This document shows positions 23,827-27,828 of a stretch of DNA of 27,828 bases, piece by piece (the stretch's first letter is position 1; each line of letters begins with the position of its first letter). The notes under the pieces are model-generated. The model did no database searches. It saw only the letters and a program-made list of their open reading frames with translations, and was not told the DNA's origin. Source of the DNA: Thermoanaerobaculia bacterium. Its GTDB lineage: Bacteria; Acidobacteriota; Thermoanaerobaculia; UBA5066; Gp7-AA6. Location of the stretch: contig DATDNV010000478.1 of the NCBI GenBank assembly GCA_036518075.1, positions 1 to 27,828 of the forward strand. The letters are read 5' to 3'. A program made the translations under genes and the position numbers.

Positions 23827-25452
23827 ATGAAGAAGACTTTGGTTACGTGTTTGGCGGTCGCCGCCCTGTTCGCGATTGCGAGCAGCGCGTTCGCCATCAC
23901 GTGCACGGTCGACAAGCGGCCGGCAGGGACGCTGCTCGTGCCGTACTTCGCCAGCTCGTTTAATACGGACGGTTCACCGGACGGCACCGGCGTTGACACG
24001 ATCGTCACGATCGCGAACGCGTCGGACGCTCCGATGATCGCTCACGTCAACGTTTTCAATAAGCGGTCCGAACTCGTTCTCGACTTCAACATCGCGCTGA
24101 CCGGTTTTGACGTTCAGTCGTTCAGAATGTCGGGAATCCTGTCGGGCCAGCTGCCCACCACGGGCGACTTCGATACGAAGGGCAACCTGATCGATGCGTG
24201 CCAGCGGAACACCTCCGAGTGCACGATCAACGGCTGGCCGTTCCTGCGTATCGGATCGAGCCCCTGCAGCGTCGGAACCCTGCTGCCGTCGCCCGCCACG
24301 GGCTTCGACAACAAGCAGGCGACGACCCTGTATCCTCCGGGCGGCACGTTCTCGTTCGCGGATGCGTTCGGTCAGCAGGTCCTCGACTCGCTCGACCAGA
24401 CGTCTGACACGAACTCCTGCGGCGGCGTCGATGGCGTGATCATCGGACCCGCCGAGGGCTACGTCACGATCGACGCAGTCAACTACTGCACCGTCTCCGA
24501 TCCGACCGATTCGAACTACTACATCGACCAGGCGTTGAGCATGGAGAACAACCTCTGGGGCGATGTGATCTTCGAGACCGGAACGGGAATCGCGACCTAC
24601 GCGGGCTCCTTGGTCCACGTCGAGGCCGACGCGAACCAGGGCACCATGACCGGCTTTGACGAAGACGGTCTCGTTCAGGACTTCCACACGGATCCGGTTT
24701 CGTGCCCGAGCACTCCGTGCGTACCGAACACTCGTACGTTCTACGCCCGCTACGTGACTCCGGCCGCGATCGGCTCGCGTCCGAACCCCGGCATCAACGC
24801 CAACGCTCCCTGGAACCAGGGCGGATACGGCGATATGCGTGAGCCTCTGGGCCTGAAGTACGCGGCCCGTTGGTCGAATGACTCGGCAGACGGAATCACC
24901 TCGAACTTCTCGGTCTGGCGCGCTTCGGCGAACGAGCTCACGAACCTCCTCAACAGCTTCGAGTCGGCGGGCAAGGCCGGCGGCTGCAAGGACATCGAGC
25001 CGGTCGTCAGCCTGACGTTCTGGGACGAGGACGAGAACCGGACCACGACCGGTCCGTGCCCCTCTCCTTGCCAGAGCACCACGTTCAATTTCCCGTATGA
25101 GACGCAGCACACGAACATCGCCGCTTTCGCGGGTGCTCTGCCGGCTGCGCCGTTTGGCTGGGCCAACATGGAGTTCTACAACAACGCCGCCTTCTCGGGA
25201 GTCGACAACTTCGCCGGCTCTTACGATCAGGCGTACGTGCTGTACGACATGGAAGGTCCGGCTGCGTTCCTCTCGTTCCAGGACAACGCCGCGCAGCTCG
25301 ATACGACGAACTGCAACCCGATCGGCGTGCCCGAGGGACAGGACAACGGGACCTACCCGAACCTGATCCTTCCGCACATCCCGGGTGACTCGCGCTTCTT
25401 CTTCCCGTTGGGTGTCGGCGGCGATCCACACACCGTGGGTACCGGCAACTAA
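23827..25452 (+). CDS. Secreted acidic, Asn/Thr/Gly-rich protein; S-layer/surface-protein candidate
   Basis: SD GAGGAG before ATG 23827; signal MKKTLVTCLAVAALFAIASSAFA; 12 Cys in the mature chain; long AT-rich upstream region; strong terminator. Function is inferred only. Confidence 0.75.
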   Translation: MKKTLVTCLAVAALFAIASSAFAITCTVDKRPAGTLLVPYFASSFNTDGSPDGTGVDTIVTIANASDAPMIAHVNVFNKRSELVLDFNIALTGFDVQSFRMSGILSGQLPTTGDFDTKGNLIDACQRNTSECTINGWPFLRIGSSPCSVGTLLPSPATGFDNKQATTLYPPGGTFSFADAFGQQVLDSLDQTSDTNSCGGVDGVIIGPAEGYVTIDAVNYCTVSDPTDSNYYIDQALSMENNLWGDVIFETGTGIATYAGSLVHVEADANQGTMTGFDEDGLVQDFHTDPVSCPSTPCVPNTRTFYARYVTPAAIGSRPNPGINANAPWNQGGYGDMREPLGLKYAARWSNDSADGITSNFSVWRASANELTNLLNSFESAGKAGGCKDIEPVVSLTFWDEDENRTTTGPCPSPCQSTTFNFPYETQHTNIAAFAGALPAAPFGWANMEFYNNAAFSGVDNFAGSYDQAYVLYDMEGPAAFLSFQDNAAQLDTTNCNPIGVPEGQDNGTYPNLILPHIPGDSRFFFPLGVGGDPHTVGTGN

Positions 25453-25468
25453 CTTCGGTTTTCCATGG

Positions 25469-25501
25469 GTGGGCGGGACCAAAAGTCCCGCCCACTTTTT
25501 T
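25469..25501 (+). terminator. Rho-independent terminator
   Basis: GTGGGCGGGAC-caaaa-GTCCCGCCCAC followed by T6, 16 nt after the stop at 25452. Confidence 0.9.
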
Positions 25502-25705
25502 CTCGGCGCGACTTGGACTTGGAAGGTTTCTCGCAATCTCGGAAGGCTTCTCGCACTCGAGATAAAGCGTCTCTGAAGCTTCGAAGGAGTTTCACAGGCT
25601 AGGCGTAAATTTGGTGGACTCTGCTTGTCGCATGAGCACGTTCAAAGGCATCTTGGGCATGCATCGTTCCGGCGTTAGGCAGGTTTCCCGACCCTGGAGG
25701 TTCGC

Positions 25706-27828
25706 GTGACCGTTCTACGGCATCTCCGTTCGCTCGTTCTCGTTCTCGTCGCGTTGTCAGGACTCTTCCTCGCCAGCTCCGTCCAGGCCCAGGTCGTCGC
25801 ATTTCCGACGACTCCAGTCGGCGGGGTGCCCGGCAATCCCGAGAATCCTGTCAAGGTGATGAATCCTTCCGCCGGAGCGGGCGGATACACGGGAGATTTG
25901 GTCGTAGCGGTTTGCCAGTGGGGACCCTGCTCTTACAACGTGGTGACCAAGGCGATCTGGGTCGACGTCATCTCCTGCTCCGAGTGCCAGGGAGGCGGGG
26001 GCGGACGCTACAAGTCGATCGCCTGCGACAGCCACGAAGGTGTCTCTTCGGTCGCCGTCGCTCCCGCCGGATACATCCTGGCCGACGACTACCTGTCATA
26101 TCCCGGAGGGTGCAACCAGGGACCCTCGCTCCAGGTTTACAAGGTGACCAACGGCGTCCCCGCATTCTCGTGGGGTCCGGACGGTCCCCATATGAGGAAC
26201 TTCGCCGGATTCATCGGCGCCGACGCATACTTCTCCGGGGTGGGCGGCTGTACGGTCATCCACATGAACCAGGCGGGCAGCACACCTCAGTCAGTGTCCT
26301 GCCCATCCCCAGGCTCCTACGACCAGCGGCTCACGGCGGACTCCCAGGGCAGCACCTGGGTGTTCAACGCGATTCCCAACGGAATCTCGGGCAGCGGAAA
26401 TCCGAATGCTCCGCCGACGGCGAACGCGACTTTCTCGAACCTGTCGGCTAACTCGAGGCCGAGCGACAAGAACAACTACTTTGGCGATCTGATCAAGTGG
26501 ACCGACACGTCCACCGCGCCTCCGACCGCGCCGATCACTGCCGAGAACTGGGATTACAACAATCAGGGTTCATTCCACCCGGATCAGACCTTCGCCGGGG
26601 CCGGAAATTCGGCGAGCGTCTATTTCCCCTGCCGTACTCCGGCGGGAAACCCCGCGACCGGAGCCGGCTGCGTGGGAAGCATCACACCCGCGCCCTCACC
26701 CGGCGGATCGAGCTACAAGTTCTCGCTCAATGCGACGAACGCGAACGGAACGACCGCGTTCACGTCCGCCCCCATTACCTTTCTGGAGCCGAAGATCAAC
26801 ATTGCCGGATTCAGCAATGGAACTTTGAACATCGTTACGGGCGGTTCGGCCAACGCGACCGGCACGCAGGGAAACATCGGCTCCGCTGTCTTCGACTGGA
26901 CTTTTACGCCTAGCGGCACGTCGAGCTCTCAGAATCCGCTCGTTCCTCCGGGCACCACGAATTTTGCTCTGACCGTGATCTATGCGGACGGCTATCAGAC
27001 TTCGGCCAACGGATCGGTCGTCATTCGCAACCTCGTCGGCGACTTCACGCTGCCGGCTTCCGCGATTCTGGTCGGAAATCCGTTAACGGCCGCGATCAAC
27101 GTGACCAAGGGAACGGGCGTGACGTGGAATTCGATCGTCTGGTCGATCAGCCCCAGCTCTCCCGACTCTTCGGTGAGCGGAGGGACGACCGTCAACATGT
27201 CCGGCAACCCGTCGAGCTACAACCTCGGGCTCACGGCTCCGGGGTCGGCGGGCACCTACTACGTCAACATCAAGTTCAACTCGACGCCGTCCGATCCCAC
27301 GCCGCTCGTCATCTCGCATCCGTTCACCACGACGACGTTCACGCCGGCGCCGGAGGTCGGCATCTACACGAATGCCGGAGGATCGCAGCTCGCTCCATGC
27401 GCGCCGATCGCGCCGTTCTCCTGCAACCTGACGACCGGCGGAACCTATTACCTCTTCGACGACGAGTCGAGCGTCGGAATGAATTTCCACGGGGCCTACC
27501 CGGATTCGAGTCTCACGGCCACGTTCTACAAGAGCACTAACTCGAATCCGGTGATCACGGGGGATACGCAGCTGGGCTCGGCGCCGACCGGCCAGAGCGG
27601 CGCGTTCCAGTGGCCGGCCACGCCCGCTTGCACGACCTGTTATCTGAAAGTCGTGGTCGGAGGAGCCGTTTCCGCCGCGCAGCAGATCTCCATCGCTTCC
27701 GGCGGTGGCGGCGGCGGTGGTGGAGGCGGCGGCGGCGGCGGTGGAGGCGGTGGTGGCGGCGGCCTGTCGGTCTCGATCTCCGGGCCGTCGTCTTTGGGCG
27801 TCTACCAGACGGGAACGTTCACGGCGAA
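25706..27828 (+). CDS. Large secreted surface protein with Ig/PKD-like modules (partial, open to the window end)
   Basis: Not in the ORF track because it has no stop. GGAGG precedes GTG 25706; signal VTVLRHLRSLVLVLVALSGLFLASSVQA; 707 codons open. PKD/Ig-like segments include IKWTDTSTAPP..ENWDY, YKFSLNATNANG, FDWTF and LSVSISGPSSL...GTFTA. Confidence 0.85.
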   Translation, partial: MTVLRHLRSLVLVLVALSGLFLASSVQAQVVAFPTTPVGGVPGNPENPVKVMNPSAGAGGYTGDLVVAVCQWGPCSYNVVTKAIWVDVISCSECQGGGGGRYKSIACDSHEGVSSVAVAPAGYILADDYLSYPGGCNQGPSLQVYKVTNGVPAFSWGPDGPHMRNFAGFIGADAYFSGVGGCTVIHMNQAGSTPQSVSCPSPGSYDQRLTADSQGSTWVFNAIPNGISGSGNPNAPPTANATFSNLSANSRPSDKNNYFGDLIKWTDTSTAPPTAPITAENWDYNNQGSFHPDQTFAGAGNSASVYFPCRTPAGNPATGAGCVGSITPAPSPGGSSYKFSLNATNANGTTAFTSAPITFLEPKINIAGFSNGTLNIVTGGSANATGTQGNIGSAVFDWTFTPSGTSSSQNPLVPPGTTNFALTVIYADGYQTSANGSVVIRNLVGDFTLPASAILVGNPLTAAINVTKGTGVTWNSIVWSISPSSPDSSVSGGTTVNMSGNPSSYNLGLTAPGSAGTYYVNIKFNSTPSDPTPLVISHPFTTTTFTPAPEVGIYTNAGGSQLAPCAPIAPFSCNLTTGGTYYLFDDESSVGMNFHGAYPDSSLTATFYKSTNSNPVITGDTQLGSAPTGQSGAFQWPATPACTTCYLKVVVGGAVSAAQQISIASGGGGGGGGGGGGGGGGGGGGGLSVSISGPSSLGVYQTGTFTA
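27701..27763 (+). repeat. GGN trinucleotide repeat encoding 21 consecutive Gly
   Basis: ggc/ggt/gga run in frame with the CDS starting at 25706. Confidence 0.95.

Noticed and set aside
67-25536. Long antisense or alternative-frame ORFs (e.g. 67..1581+, 2576..3724+, 7560..9050+, 9683..11584+, 13989..15305+, 22159..23340-, 23974..25536-)
   Set aside because: They are shadow ORFs opposite well-supported genes in GC-rich DNA, with Arg/Ala/Pro-rich or motif-less translations.

Overview
GC-rich bacterial chromosomal window. The gene repertoire and repeat types suggest Acidobacteriota, possibly Thermoanaerobaculia-like (inference only). The left part is housekeeping: a partial amidohydrolase, murA, prmC, prfA, rpmE, an FHA-GAF-PP2C phosphatase and a TRZ/ATZ-type deaminase. 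The centre holds a PDZ/multi-TM/GAF/PAS histidine kinase with a GAFTGA sigma54 activator, two predicted outer-membrane beta-barrels, proline dehydrogenase, a ComF-family protein, an Lrp regulator and a DnaJ-type chaperone. The right part is a cell-surface locus. An XRE-TPR-secreted protein unit is divergent from an orphan Wzm-type permease, an FG-GAP lipoprotein, an S-layer-like secreted protein and a large Ig/PKD-like protein with a 21-Gly linker; the last is absent from the ORF track because it runs off the window. Non-coding highlights are two copies of a GTCAT..ATGAC palindromic miniature element (one with iterated ends forming a ~25-bp array), several heptamer arrays, a consensus sigma54 promoter with phased TTGGA boxes upstream of the kinase, and repeated -10 boxes only 8-16 nt before SD-less start codons. 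No CRISPR, rRNA, tRNA, transposase or integrase was seen.
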